The translations under genes and the position numbers were made by a program. A DNA stretch of 64,000 nucleotides from an uncultured Armatimonadetes bacterium (GTDB lineage Bacteria > Armatimonadota > Hebobacteria > Hebobacterales > Hebobacteraceae), in contig OY970296.1 of the NCBI GenBank assembly GCA_963716175.1, forward strand, positions 224,001 to 288,000, read 5' to 3'. Below the pieces are notes generated by a model. That model saw only the letters and a program-made list of their open reading frames with translations, had not been told where the DNA came from and did no database searches. Of this stretch, positions 50,147 to 60,729 are shown one piece after another (position 1 is the first letter of the stretch; each line of letters begins with the position of its first letter).

Positions 50147-50942
50147 CTGGGATATCCGCTCGCAGTCGGCTCACCACCGCATAGCCGAAGGCCAGGTTGA
50201 ACAACGCCATCCCCAGCAGCACCACGACGTCCGTCCACTTCGGCCAACCGCCCTCCATCACGATCCGGTGGAAGCCTTGCATGATGTGGAACATGGGGTT
50301 CATCGCCTGCAAGGCATGGAACTTGGGCGGCACGATTCCCTGGACATACACGATGGGAGTCAGCCAGAACCAGAACTGAAACAGGATGACCACCATCTGC
50401 GAAAGATCGCGGAAGAATACCGTGAGACTAGCCAGAGCAAGACCCAGCCCGAAGGCCCATACCTGCATCAAGGCCAGCAGCAGTGGCAGCGCCAGGAAGC
50501 TGAGTGTGATCTTGTGCACCACCGCCAGCACCAGAATCACCAGGAGGCCCAAAGTCAACAGGCTGTTGAGCAAGGAGAAGGTAGCGATCCAGGCCACCGG
50601 GGCCTCGATGGGAAAGCGCAGCTTCTGGATCAGGCTGCGATTATCCAGAAAAGCACTCGCACTGCGCTGCGCAGTTTCAGCAAACGCGGTCCAGGGGAAA
50701 AGTCCCGCGCAGAGGTAGATGCCATAGGCAAAGCTGCCGGACACCCCTGGCAGCCGCGCCGCCATGACTCGGGAGAACACGAAGGTGAAGATGAGAATCA
50801 GGCTTATCGGGTGCAGCACACTCCAGGCGGAGCCCAGCACCGAGCCAGCATAGCGGGTCCGGAACTCCCGGATGGCCATCTCCCACACCACCGACCGGAA
50901 CGCCCACAGGCTAGCTCTTGAGTTCAGTTGCACTGCCGCCAT
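50136..50942 (-). CDS. wzm: Polysaccharide ABC exporter permease (Wzm type)
   Basis: RY.GS.LG..W..L.P, FFRD, TPIVY, NP; overlaps wzt start. Confidence 0.9.
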   Translation of the reverse strand: MAAVQLNSRASLWAFRSVVWEMAIREFRTRYAGSVLGSAWSVLHPISLILIFTFVFSRVMAARLPGVSGSFAYGIYLCAGLFPWTAFAETAQRSASAFLDNRSLIQKLRFPIEAPVAWIATFSLLNSLLTLGLLVILVLAVVHKITLSFLALPLLLALMQVWAFGLGLALASLTVFFRDLSQMVVILFQFWFWLTPIVYVQGIVPPKFHALQAMNPMFHIMQGFHRIVMEGGWPKWTDVVVLLGMALFNLAFGYAVVSRLRADIPDEI

Positions 50943-51594
50943 CTCCCTACTTCTCGGCCCTCAGACTCCAGCGCCTGTCCGTCCTCACAGAGGGAAGCGA
51001 CGGCTAGCTCAGCCAGGCCGGTGAGAGCGCCTGTCCCGAAACGACCTGGCGGCCTCGGCCCTCCGGAAAGATCCGCTGGGTCCTGGCGGAGAGATCGGGA
51101 CGGGACCCGGACGGAACGGATTCCAGAGCACTCAGACGGCCCCGGCACGCCACTCCGGCGTGAGAAGGGCAGCGTGGAAGCTTTCGCACATAGCATAGGT
51201 TGAGCGCGCCAGATGCTCTCATGCCGCTCGATTCCCAATTCGACGGAGCCAGAGGCATGACCTGCCGGAGCGGAGCCTGCTGGGCGCTGGCGGGCCCTTC
51301 GCTTCCGGAGCAACGGTGGTGTCAGCAGACGCTGCAAGGGAGGCGCCACGCGGCCAGCCGGCGGGGGGTGCGCCTGACATCCGGGAAGCACTGCCGCTCA
51401 ACGCGCAGGAGCCGCTCAGGCGAGCCCCATCGCTACCTAACACCCGCGCAATGCCCCATTGCCTTTTGGCAACAGCATGCAGGTCCAGCCTCACGCCTGC
51501 CGAAGACATCGCCAGATGGGTTTCAGTGCATGACGCATGGTGTGGCCAGCCGAGCTGGCACGGGTGATGGCACCGACGAACTAGGGAGCTCACT

Positions 51595-52071
51595 ATGGAA
51601 GAGGTCGTCCGATTCACACTCAATGGAAAGCCCACTTCGTTGACGGTGGACAGCGACAGAGCGCTGCTGTGGGTGCTCCGCAGTGATCTGGGGCTGACCG
51701 GGACGAAGTACGGGTGCGGCGCAGGGCTCTGCGGGGCCTGTACCGTCTTGGTCGACGAGAAGGCCGTTCGGTCCTGCGTGCTTCCGGTCAGGCAGGCCCA
51801 GGGCAAGGCAGTCATCACGATTGAGGGGCTGGCAGGAAACGGCAAGCTCCATCCCCTGCAGAAGGCGTTCATGGAGGAAGATGCCCTTCAGTGCGGCTAC
51901 TGCACCCCTGGCATGATCCTGACCGCGTACGGCCTGCTGCGGGCCAATCCTCAGCCCTCCTACTCGGAGATCGTTGCGGGAATGGAGGGGAACCTGTGCC
52001 GGTGCGGGGCCCACAAACGCATCGTCGAGGCCATCCAAGCAGCTGCCAAGGAAATGGCGGGAGGGTCCTAG
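51595..52071 (+). CDS. (2Fe-2S)-binding small subunit of a xanthine dehydrogenase-family oxidoreductase (CoxS/IorA-like)
   Basis: GTKYGCG.G.CGACTV, QCGYC.PG, NLCRC. Confidence 0.95.
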   Translation: MEEVVRFTLNGKPTSLTVDSDRALLWVLRSDLGLTGTKYGCGAGLCGACTVLVDEKAVRSCVLPVRQAQGKAVITIEGLAGNGKLHPLQKAFMEEDALQCGYCTPGMILTAYGLLRANPQPSYSEIVAGMEGNLCRCGAHKRIVEAIQAAAKEMAGGS

Positions 52072-52073
52072 AG

Positions 52074-54236
52074 ATGACTTACGACAAGTACCTGGAGCTG
52101 GATTTCACGGACGCCGGGCCCGGCGTGCTGATGACCCGGCGCGAGGTGCTGCAACTGCTGGGAAGCGGGATCGTCATCATGTTCACCGGCGCCGACGTCA
52201 TCGCTGCACAGCGAGGGCAGGAGCGGCGGAGTCGGTCCGGCCAGGAGCTGCCGGAGGACTTCAACGCGTTCCTCCGCATCGGAGAAGATGGCAAGGTGAC
52301 CTGCTTCACGGGCAAGATCGAGATGGGTCAGGGGGTCGTCACTTCGCTGGCCCAGGAGCTCGCCGACGAGCTGGACGTTGCGCTCGACTCCGTCCAGATG
52401 GTGATGGGCGATACCGACCTCTGCCCCTGGGACATGGGTACGTTTGGCTCCATGACCACACGGTTCTTCGGCCCCGCGCTGAGAGCGGCCGGGGCGGAGG
52501 CCCGAGGAGTCCTGTTGGAGCTGGCTGCAGAGCAGCTCGCGACGCCCGTTGGGCAGCTAGCGGTTGAGGACGGGGTGGTGTTCGACCCGGCGAACAGGGA
52601 CAAGCGCGTGTCGTACGCGCAACTCGCAAAGGGGAAGCGGATCGCCAGGCATCTAAAGCCACCTCCGCCCGTCAAGACCCCAGCCGCGTTCAAGGTGATC
52701 GGCAAGCCCAGTCTGCGGCGAGATGCGTTGGCGAAGGTGACTGGCGCGGCGAAGTATGCCGGCGATATTCGGCCCCCTGGGATGCTGTATGCGAAGATCC
52801 TGAGACCACCGGCGCACGGGGCGACGCTGAAGCAGGTAGATGTGTCCGGGGCGAAGGAGGTCAAGGGCGCGCGGGTGGTAAGAGATGGGGACCTGGTTGC
52901 GGTACTGCACGAGCATCCGGACGAGGCGGAGCGGGCCTTGTCGAAGATCAAGGCGGAGTTCGAGACCCGCGAGCTTGGCGTAGATGATAGCAACATCTTC
53001 GATCACCTGCTGAAGGCGGCTCCTGAAGAAGAGGAGGTGTCGCGCGGCGGCGATCTCAAGAGCGGCGAGGCCCGCGCGGCAGAGGTGTTCGAGAAGACAT
53101 ACCTGAACAGCTATGTGGCGCACGCACCCATCGAGCCGCATACCGCGGTGGTCCAGATCGAAGGCAAGAAGACGACAGTGTGGGCCTCCACCCAGACTCC
53201 CTTCGGCGCCAGGGACGAGGTTGCGGAAGCACTCGGCTGTCCACCGGAGGATGTCAGAGTCATCCCGCCGTTTGTCGGCGGAGGGTTCGGCGGCAAGTCC
53301 AGGAACCTGCAGGTGGTGGACGCTGCACGTCTCGCCAAGCTGGTCGGGAAGCCGGTGCAGGTCGCCTGGAGCCGGGCCGAGGAGTTCTTCGACGACAGCT
53401 TCCGGCCTGCGGCTGTGGTCAAGATCAGATCCGGCATCACGGACAGAGGAGAGATTGCTTTCTGGGACTACCACGTCTACTTCGCAGGTTCGCGGGGTTC
53501 GGAGCAGTTCTACAACATTGCGGATTACGCCACCATTGCCCATGGATCGGGTTGGGGAGGCGGGGCCCATCCCTTTGCCACCGGGGCCTGGCGTGCGCCG
53601 GGCAACAACACCAACACCTTCGCCCGAGAGTCGCAGATCGACATCATGGCTGCGAGGGCCCGAACGGACCCGGTGGAGTTCCGGCTGAGGCACCTGCGAG
53701 ACGAGAAGATGCGGGGAGTGCTGACAGCCGCCGCGGAGAGGTTCGGGTGGACATCGGCCAGGCCCTCCTCGGCCGGCCGCGGTTACGGCGTCGCTCTTGG
53801 GATCGACTCAGGGACGTACGTGGCCACCATGGTTGAGGCCGAAGTGGACGAGAGGACGGGTGCCGTCCAGGTGAAGCGAGTGGTGTGCGCGCAGAATATG
53901 GGCCTGTCAATCAACCCCGAGGGGGCGAGGATCCAGATGGAGGGGTGCGTCACTATGGGTCTGGGCTATACCCTGACCGAGGAGATTCGCTTCAAGGGTG
54001 GGGAGATCCTCGACCGCAACTTCGACACCTATCAGCTCCCCCGCTTCTCGTGGGTGCCGCAGATCGAGACGGTTCTCGTCGAGGACAGGAACGCCGCCCC
54101 CCAGGGCGGAGGCGAGCCGGCGATCATCACCACGGGCGGCGCGGTCGCCAATGCCATCTGCGCTGCCACGGGCGCGCGGGTGCTCCAGTTGCCCATGACT
54201 CCCAGCAGGGTTGTGGAAGCACTGAGGAAACGGTGA
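52074..54236 (+). CDS. Xanthine dehydrogenase-family molybdopterin-binding subunit (IorB-like)
   Basis: TRRE twin-arginine-like motif, EMGQG, GGGFGGK, WRAPG, GGGEP. Confidence 0.92.
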   Translation: MTYDKYLELDFTDAGPGVLMTRREVLQLLGSGIVIMFTGADVIAAQRGQERRSRSGQELPEDFNAFLRIGEDGKVTCFTGKIEMGQGVVTSLAQELADELDVALDSVQMVMGDTDLCPWDMGTFGSMTTRFFGPALRAAGAEARGVLLELAAEQLATPVGQLAVEDGVVFDPANRDKRVSYAQLAKGKRIARHLKPPPPVKTPAAFKVIGKPSLRRDALAKVTGAAKYAGDIRPPGMLYAKILRPPAHGATLKQVDVSGAKEVKGARVVRDGDLVAVLHEHPDEAERALSKIKAEFETRELGVDDSNIFDHLLKAAPEEEEVSRGGDLKSGEARAAEVFEKTYLNSYVAHAPIEPHTAVVQIEGKKTTVWASTQTPFGARDEVAEALGCPPEDVRVIPPFVGGGFGGKSRNLQVVDAARLAKLVGKPVQVAWSRAEEFFDDSFRPAAVVKIRSGITDRGEIAFWDYHVYFAGSRGSEQFYNIADYATIAHGSGWGGGAHPFATGAWRAPGNNTNTFARESQIDIMAARARTDPVEFRLRHLRDEKMRGVLTAAAERFGWTSARPSSAGRGYGVALGIDSGTYVATMVEAEVDERTGAVQVKRVVCAQNMGLSINPEGARIQMEGCVTMGLGYTLTEEIRFKGGEILDRNFDTYQLPRFSWVPQIETVLVEDRNAAPQGGGEPAIITTGGAVANAICAATGARVLQLPMTPSRVVEALRKR

Positions 54237-54483
54237 TTGCCCGATGCGTTGTCGGGCGATGGTGCCGCCGGCTCAGGGGATCTCCTGGTGCAAGAGTCCC
54301 GGCTATCACGCCACAAGCCTCTGTTTGCCGAGCAGCAGATGGAATGGGCGTGGCGAGCGGCACCGAGACCCCCACCAAGGCCCTCTCCGGTGGCTGGTCA
54401 CAACGGTAGTCGGGACCGGCAGGCGGCACGGACCGCGACCGCACGCGTAGCTGAGCTGGCGCGGCCACCCGGCCGGGGCGTAC

Positions 54484-55060
54484 GTGCGGGCGCCGCAGGC
54501 GTTCCCGGATCGGTTCCGCGCCTACCTGGCGGTGAGCCCGCACTACCCGGAGCTGGTGTCGCGCGAGCTGGCCGAGTACGACAGCAGGAGCGACGTCTTC
54601 GTCGGCCTGAAGCTTCTGCCGGGCTATCACAAGGTGCGACTGAGCGACGAGCGCTACCGTCGGGCCTTCGAGTCCGCCAACGAGCGCGGTCTGATGCTGC
54701 TGGCCCACACCTACGATGGCAGCCAATAGAACGGAATCGAAGAGGTGCATCGCGTGTCCGAGAGGTATCCGAGGGTGCGCTTCCTGATGGGCCACAGCTT
54801 GAACGCGGCATGGCAGGAGGCCGCGGCCATTGCCCGGGAGCACCCGAACGCCTATCTGGAACTCACCAGCGTGCTCGGCCAGTACGGGCCGTCGAGGTGC
54901 TGTGCAGGGGTGCAGGCAGCGAGAAGATGCTCTTCGGCACAGACGCTCCCATGTACGGTCAGCACCAGGCGATAGGGCAGCTGCTCTCAGCCGACATCAG
55001 TGACGAGGACGTCCACAACATCTGCCACCGCAACGCCGAGCGGCTCCCGGGCCTGCAATC
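54484..55060 (+). pseudogene. Degraded amidohydrolase_2 family gene
   Basis: G.KL.P.YH...L.D, AH, MGH, YLE, LFGTD.P, NA.RL pieces split by in-frame TAG (54727) and a frameshift near 54887; N-terminal HxH not found. Confidence 0.7.
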
Positions 55061-55110
55061 GAGGCAAGATCGGTCTAGGCCGAAGGGCTACGCCGGGCAG
55101 GAGGTCCCGA

Positions 55111-56189
55111 GTGTCGTCCATCAGAAATCGCGAGCAGACCCTGCGCGCACTCTCTCACCACGCGACCGATCGCGTCCCCTTCGACAGCATCGGCAGCACA
55201 CACTCCCAGGAAATCGCTGGCATCGTCGAGTCGCTCGACCTGCCGCCGGAGGTGCGGACTTCCTACCTGGAGGGCGACTTCTGTTACCTGGAATTCGGGT
55301 GGCGCGAGGACCGCGAACGCTTCCACACCTACCTCCCGGGCCTGCCTGCGGAGGCTTTGGTGTCCGAGTGGGGCGTCGGCAGCCTCCCGCTGAAGACCGC
55401 CGAGGGGTACCATGCCGGACACCTCGACTTCCGGCCCCTGGCGCGAGTGAACTCGACAACCGAGCTGGACTCCTATCCCTTCCCCGATGTCACGGAGGCG
55501 TGGCGGCACGCCGACCTGGAGGAGAAGGTGCGCGCGGCGAAGCAGCAAGGCTATGTCGTGGTTGGCCAGATGTCCCAGACCATCCTCGAAACTGCCTACT
55601 GCATGCGGGGCATTGAGCCGCTCTTTGTGGACTTCCACGAGCGTCCCGACTACGTGGCGACGCTCTTCGAGCGGATCGCCGAGCGCCGCCGGTTCCAGGC
55701 CCGCCGCTTCGCCGAGGCCGGGGTAGATGTGCTGCGCATCGGGGACGACATAGCTACCCAGCAGAGCCTGCTGGTCGGCCCGCGGCTCTACCGGGAGCGG
55801 ATCAAGCCGTTCCATGCCTCGGTGGTTGCGGCCCGCGCGCGGTCAGCCCCTCCCTCCAGGTGCTCTACCATAGCGATGGCAAGCTGACGGCCTTGCTGCC
55901 GGATCTGATCGAGGTGGGCGTCACGGCGATCAACCCGGTTCAGCCGGAGTGCATGGACCTGGTGGAGACGAAGAGGAGCTTCGGCCAGCACCTGACGCTG
56001 TGGGGGTGCTGCCCGGTGCAGAGCGCCTACGCCTTTGGCTCGCGGGCGGACGTGCTCGACCATGTGCGCCTGCTGAAGGGGGAACTCGCCGCCGGTGGCG
56101 GCCTGGTCGCCCAGTTCTACAATATGATCCTGACGCCGAAGGTGAAGGAAAACCTGAGGGCGTTCTTCGAATCATTCCGAGTGAGTTGA
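55111..56189 (+). CDS. URO-D/MtaA family protein, +1 frameshift near 55833
   Basis: DRVP, EWGV, MRG.E, GDD.A.Q, then HSDG...NPVQPECMD in the next frame; AGGAGG RBS and GTG. Confidence 0.82.
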
Positions 56190-56207
56190 GCAATAGGAGC
56201 GGATGAT

Positions 56208-57371
56208 ATGACAGCAGCCCTTTCCTCACGCGAACGCATGCTCACCGCGCTGGAGTGCCGAGAGCCGGACTACGTGCCCTGCTGCTTCATCGAATTCCAG
56301 ATCCTGCGCCAGCGGTGCGCGGACGAACGCGAGCTCCTGAACAGGCAGCTCGACATGGGTCTGGACGTGGTGGTCGAGGTGTCCCAGCCTCCGGTGAGGC
56401 ACGACCCGCGAGTCCGCGTTACAGAGACAGTGCGGGAAGATCCGGGCGAGCAGTATCCCGTGCTGCGGAAGGAGTACAGCACGCCGGCCGGGAGCTTGCG
56501 AGCGGAGGTGGTAAAGACCCCAGACTGGCCGTGGGGCGACCATCTTCCGTTGATGGATGACTTCGCAATCCCCCGCGCCAAGAAGTTCCTGATCACCGCG
56601 AGCGATGACCTGGATGCGCTCACATACGTGCTGGGCCGGCCGACCCAGGAGGACGTCACGCGGTTGACGGAGCGGTACCGCGCGGCGAAGGCGCTGGCGG
56701 CGGAGCGAGATCTCCTGACGATGGCGTGCTACGGGATGGTGGGCGACGTGGCGTGCTGGCTGGCCGGGATCAAGCCGGTCACCATGCTGGCGATCGACAA
56801 CCCCAGCTTCGTGGACCGTTTCCTGAGCATCATCGAGGAATGGAACAGCCGACAGATGGAACTGATGCTGCGGCAGGGGGTGGACCTGCTGGTGCGACGG
56901 GCCTGGTACGAGCATGCCGACGTGTGGTCGCCATCTCTGTACCAGAGGTTCATACTCCCGGGCCTGCGCCGGGATGTCGCCCAGACACATGCGGCCGGTG
57001 CCAAGCTCGGCTACCTGATGAGCTGCTCTTCCCTGCCTCTGGTGGACATGATGATCGACGCGGGCGTGGACGTGTTGCTCGGGGTTGACCCGGCCCAGGA
57101 TCGGACGATGGACCTCGCCGCGCTCAAGGCGAAGGCCGCGGGCCGCATGTGCCTGTGGGGAGGCGTATGCGGCTATCTCACGGTGGAGTGCGGCACCCCG
57201 GAGGACATCCGGGACCAGGTGCGGCAGGCGATCTCGACTCTGGCCCCCGGAGGCGGGTTCATCTTGGCACCGGTGACGAACGTGCGGGAAGACAACGACA
57301 GAGTCTGGCGCAACCTGGAGGCACTGATCACTACCTGGCGCGACCTCCGCGGCGGTCCGGGCTCCCGCTAA
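56208..57371 (+). CDS. URO-D/MtaA family protein
   Basis: SRER....PD.VP, WSP, K...G....LWGG, GTPE, APGGGFIL. Confidence 0.88.
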   Translation: MTAALSSRERMLTALECREPDYVPCCFIEFQILRQRCADERELLNRQLDMGLDVVVEVSQPPVRHDPRVRVTETVREDPGEQYPVLRKEYSTPAGSLRAEVVKTPDWPWGDHLPLMDDFAIPRAKKFLITASDDLDALTYVLGRPTQEDVTRLTERYRAAKALAAERDLLTMACYGMVGDVACWLAGIKPVTMLAIDNPSFVDRFLSIIEEWNSRQMELMLRQGVDLLVRRAWYEHADVWSPSLYQRFILPGLRRDVAQTHAAGAKLGYLMSCSSLPLVDMMIDAGVDVLLGVDPAQDRTMDLAALKAKAAGRMCLWGGVCGYLTVECGTPEDIRDQVRQAISTLAPGGGFILAPVTNVREDNDRVWRNLEALITTWRDLRGGPGSR

Positions 57372-57514
57372 CGGCACCGACCAGCCATGTTGATGGTCGC
57401 ACCAAAGGAGGCAGACCGAAGTTGCGGCACCGAGAGCGAGCGCGGACGAGGCGACCACCTGGCAGCGAACCGACGCGAGGCAAAGAGCCCGACAGCAGTC
57501 GCTGGAGCCACTAG

Positions 57515-59488
57515 ATGATCTCGCCGCAGGAAACTGAGAACCGGTCCGCCGGTGTCACCAGGCGCGCCGTTCTCATCGCCTTCGCTGCCCTGCTTGCGAT
57601 CTTCCCTATCGCGCTCTATGTCGAGCTGATCCGAGATCTCGCCTACAACTTCATGGCTCTCGTGCCGCCCATCGCCCAGTTGGCGATCCTTTTTCTGCTG
57701 GTGGCGATCAACCCGGCGCTAGCGCGGCGCAGATGGACCGGCCTCTCTCGGCGCGAGCTTCTGACTGTCTACTCGGTGCTGATCGTCGCCGGTCCGTTGA
57801 TGTCTCATGGCATTCTATTCTGGTGGCTCTCGTGCTCCATCGGCCAGCAGTACTTCGGGCGAGCCGCCCCGCAGTGGGAGAAAGCCTATTTCCAGTACAT
57901 CCCATGGTGGTTCTACCCCAAGAATGTGACCGCGGTCGAGGGGTTCTTCCAGGGCCATGCGCCGGTTCCATGGTCGCTGTGGTCGGTCCCACTGCTGGCC
58001 TGGGAGTCGTTCTTCGTGGCGCTCTTCCTGGCGAACGTCTCCCTGCTGCTGATGCTGAAGCAGCAGTGGATTCGGAATGAGCGCCTGACCTTTCCCATCG
58101 CCATGATCCCGTTGGAGACCGTGCGGGAACGAGACCAGGGCGGGATGCGCGTGGGCCACCTGCCGACAGCCTGGCCGTTCTGGATCGGGTTTCTGGTGGC
58201 GGCCTGGCTCAGCCTGCAGTCTGATCTGCCGCGGTTCCTGCCCTGGTTCCCCTCCATTCCAACGGGCGGCGAGACAATCCTGATCCCGTGGCAGAAGGTA
58301 GGCCCTCTCGCTGGCCTTGGCGACATCTGGTTCGTGATCTACCCAGAGATCGTCGCGCTCGCCTATCTGATCCCGAAGGAGCTGTCATTCTCCGTTTGGT
58401 TCTTCTGGATCGTGCGCGTGGGGCTGACGGTGATCTCGATCGCGGCCGGCGCCACGCCGCGCAAGCCTGAGGAGTGGTACGGCACTACTTTCCCAGCGCC
58501 ATACTATCAGGGCGGCGGGGCGCTGCTGGCTCTGGGGGGCTGGGGCCTGTGGGTGGCCTGGCGGCATCTGAAGCGGGTAGGCCTGCTGGCGATTGCGGGA
58601 AAGGCCGAACGGGACGGAACTGGCGAATGGTCCGGCTACCGCTTTGCCGCCATCATGTTCCTGCTATGCTATGCCTACATGGTCTGCTTCTGCTGGCTGG
58701 CAGGCAGCCGCGTCATCGTCGGCATGTCGTTGATCGGGTTGATCATCGCCTGGCATATGGTGTGGGCCCGCCTGCGCGCAGAGACCGGCATGAGCTTCAT
58801 CGCGTACCCGTTCCAGGTGAACGACATGATGCTGCAGCCCTTTGGCAGCAGCGCCTATCCGCCGGCGGAGCTCGTCACCATGAGCGGCCTGCGCTGGGCC
58901 ACTTTCCCGGGCTGGGGCGAGTCCTGTGAAGTGATCACCGGGGGAGCGCTCGATGGACTCAAGATCGCCGACTCGGCGCGGATTTCGCCACGGCAACTGA
59001 CGGGCGCAATGATCGGCGCATTCGTACTGGCACTGGCCGTGGGGGCTCCCATGGTGCTGGCCACCTGTTATCACTGGGGGATGCTCCAACTGCACGATCC
59101 CACCGGAGGGTGGGTGGAGGGAATGGTTCGCGGAACCGGGACGGAGACGTTCGACAACATCAACAATCCCACCCATTTCGATCCCATCGCGGCCATTGCC
59201 CTGGGGTCGGGCCTGCTGTTCGCGCTTTTCCTGGGGCTGATGCGATTGCGGTTCTGGTGGTGGCCGTTCCACCCGGTGGGCTATATCGCCGCCAATGTCT
59301 GGGGGTCACAGTGGTGGTACATGCCATTGTTCGTGGGGTGGGCCTTCAAGTCGCTGGTGATCCGTTACGGGGGGCTGCGTCTGTACCAGCGCACGATCCC
59401 GGCTGCGGTCGGCGTGATCGTCGGCACGCAGTCCGCCAGTGTGCTCTGGACGGTCACCGAAGGCCTGGTACGGGCCTTCGTGCGTTGA
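57515..59488 (+). CDS. DUF6785/DUF6784-like polytopic membrane protein, copy 3
   Basis: GVTRRA, RELL, QWIRNERLTFP, PKELSFSVWFFW, RAETG, WWPFHPVGY, RYGGLRLY. Confidence 0.82.
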   Translation: MISPQETENRSAGVTRRAVLIAFAALLAIFPIALYVELIRDLAYNFMALVPPIAQLAILFLLVAINPALARRRWTGLSRRELLTVYSVLIVAGPLMSHGILFWWLSCSIGQQYFGRAAPQWEKAYFQYIPWWFYPKNVTAVEGFFQGHAPVPWSLWSVPLLAWESFFVALFLANVSLLLMLKQQWIRNERLTFPIAMIPLETVRERDQGGMRVGHLPTAWPFWIGFLVAAWLSLQSDLPRFLPWFPSIPTGGETILIPWQKVGPLAGLGDIWFVIYPEIVALAYLIPKELSFSVWFFWIVRVGLTVISIAAGATPRKPEEWYGTTFPAPYYQGGGALLALGGWGLWVAWRHLKRVGLLAIAGKAERDGTGEWSGYRFAAIMFLLCYAYMVCFCWLAGSRVIVGMSLIGLIIAWHMVWARLRAETGMSFIAYPFQVNDMMLQPFGSSAYPPAELVTMSGLRWATFPGWGESCEVITGGALDGLKIADSARISPRQLTGAMIGAFVLALAVGAPMVLATCYHWGMLQLHDPTGGWVEGMVRGTGTETFDNINNPTHFDPIAAIALGSGLLFALFLGLMRLRFWWWPFHPVGYIAANVWGSQWWYMPLFVGWAFKSLVIRYGGLRLYQRTIPAAVGVIVGTQSASVLWTVTEGLVRAFVR

Positions 59489-59556
59489 GGGCCATGGCCC
59501 CTGTACGCGACGCGGCGACAGCGGCAGGGGCGGGAGATGGTGCTTGGCAGATTGCA

Positions 59557-59660
59557 CTAGAGAGCTTCGCCGAATGAAGTAACAGGGCGAAGCTCAAGAG
59601 GCGGCCCAGACGGGCACAGGGCGATGTTCGCACATTACTTCGTTGTGCGAACATCACTAG
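59557..59660. repeat. CTAG-flanked inverted doublet of palindromes (REPIN/MITE-like)
   Basis: Hairpins at 59562-59595 and 59623-59655 are inverted homologous copies, each with CTAG at its outer end. Confidence 0.6.
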
Positions 59661-59758
59661 GACGCGTACAGCAGCCCTCAGGGCCCGGCTGTGGTGCGGG
59701 GTGTTCAATGCTAAGATGCGATCCGGGATGTGCCGAAACCGGGTGGAGGTGAGTTGCT

Positions 59759-60568
59759 TTGCCGATTGAGATCATCACGCACCAACTGAAGCGCGGGCGC
59801 ATTCGGTCTGCGCTCTTCGATTTCGACGGCACGATCTCGCTCATCCGAGAGGGTTGGCAGCAGATCATGATCCCGATGATGGTGGCGACGCTGCTCGAGA
59901 CACCGGGGCACGAGGGCGAATCCGCGCTGCGGCAGGTCGTCACCACATATGTCGAGGAGCTCACTGGGAAGCAGACCATCTACCAGATGCTGCGGCTGTG
60001 CGAAGAGGTCGCGAAGCGCGGTGGCGCGCCGCTGCCCGCGCTCGAGTACAAGCGGCGCTATCTGGACCTCCTCTGGCAGCATATCGAGGCTCGGGTGGCC
60101 GCGCTTGAGAACGGGGCCGTCAGCCGCGACGATCTCTGCGTGCCCGGAGCCCGGGCGCTGTTGAGCGAACTGCAGCGGCGGGGCGTCACATTGTACCTGG
60201 CGAGCGGGACGGACTTGGGCGATGTCAGGCGCGAAGTAGAGGCGTTGGGTCTGGACGAGTTTTTCCAGGAGCGGGTCTATGGGGCGCTCGACCGCTATTG
60301 GGAGTTCAGCAAGGCGCAGCTGGTGGCGCAGATCACACAGCAGCACAAGCTTGCCGGGCCGGAGTTCCTCGGGGTAGGAGACGGCTATGTCGAGATTCAG
60401 GACACAAAGGCCATCGGCGGCATCGCCGTAGGCGTGGCCTCTGATGAGGCGCGGCGCACTGGCATCAACCAATGGAAACGGGAACGCCTGATTCGAGCTG
60501 GCGCTGACATCATCGTTCCGGATTTCCGCGAGTGCGAAAGCCTGATCGCCTATCTGTTCCCGAAGTGA
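59759..60568 (+). CDS. HAD family hydrolase
   Basis: FDFDGT motif I, ASGT, K, GDG.VEI; GGAGGTG RBS and TTG. Confidence 0.9.
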   Translation: MPIEIITHQLKRGRIRSALFDFDGTISLIREGWQQIMIPMMVATLLETPGHEGESALRQVVTTYVEELTGKQTIYQMLRLCEEVAKRGGAPLPALEYKRRYLDLLWQHIEARVAALENGAVSRDDLCVPGARALLSELQRRGVTLYLASGTDLGDVRREVEALGLDEFFQERVYGALDRYWEFSKAQLVAQITQQHKLAGPEFLGVGDGYVEIQDTKAIGGIAVGVASDEARRTGINQWKRERLIRAGADIIVPDFRECESLIAYLFPK

Positions 60569-60729
60569 CTTCTACGCACACGAAGCATAACCGTGGCTGC
60601 AGCCAGGTTCGGCAGCACCAGGCGTCGCCTCAGGCCGTTCGCCGTCGCCGGCACGGGGAGGGCGCACTGGGACCGAAGCCGCGGGCGCTGGCGGTGAGCG
60701 TACATCGGTTCCACTCCGGCCTCGCAGCC

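Noticed and set aside
54727-54729. In-frame TAG in the amidohydrolase as possible pyrrolysine or readthrough
   Set aside because: Gene also has a frameshift and lacks its 5' end; no pyl genes seen; a nonsense change is simpler
59540-59680. Known riboswitch (lysine, cobalamin, c-di-AMP) or hammerhead for the double hairpin
   Set aside because: Conserved core motifs absent; loop complementarity is explained by inverted duplication
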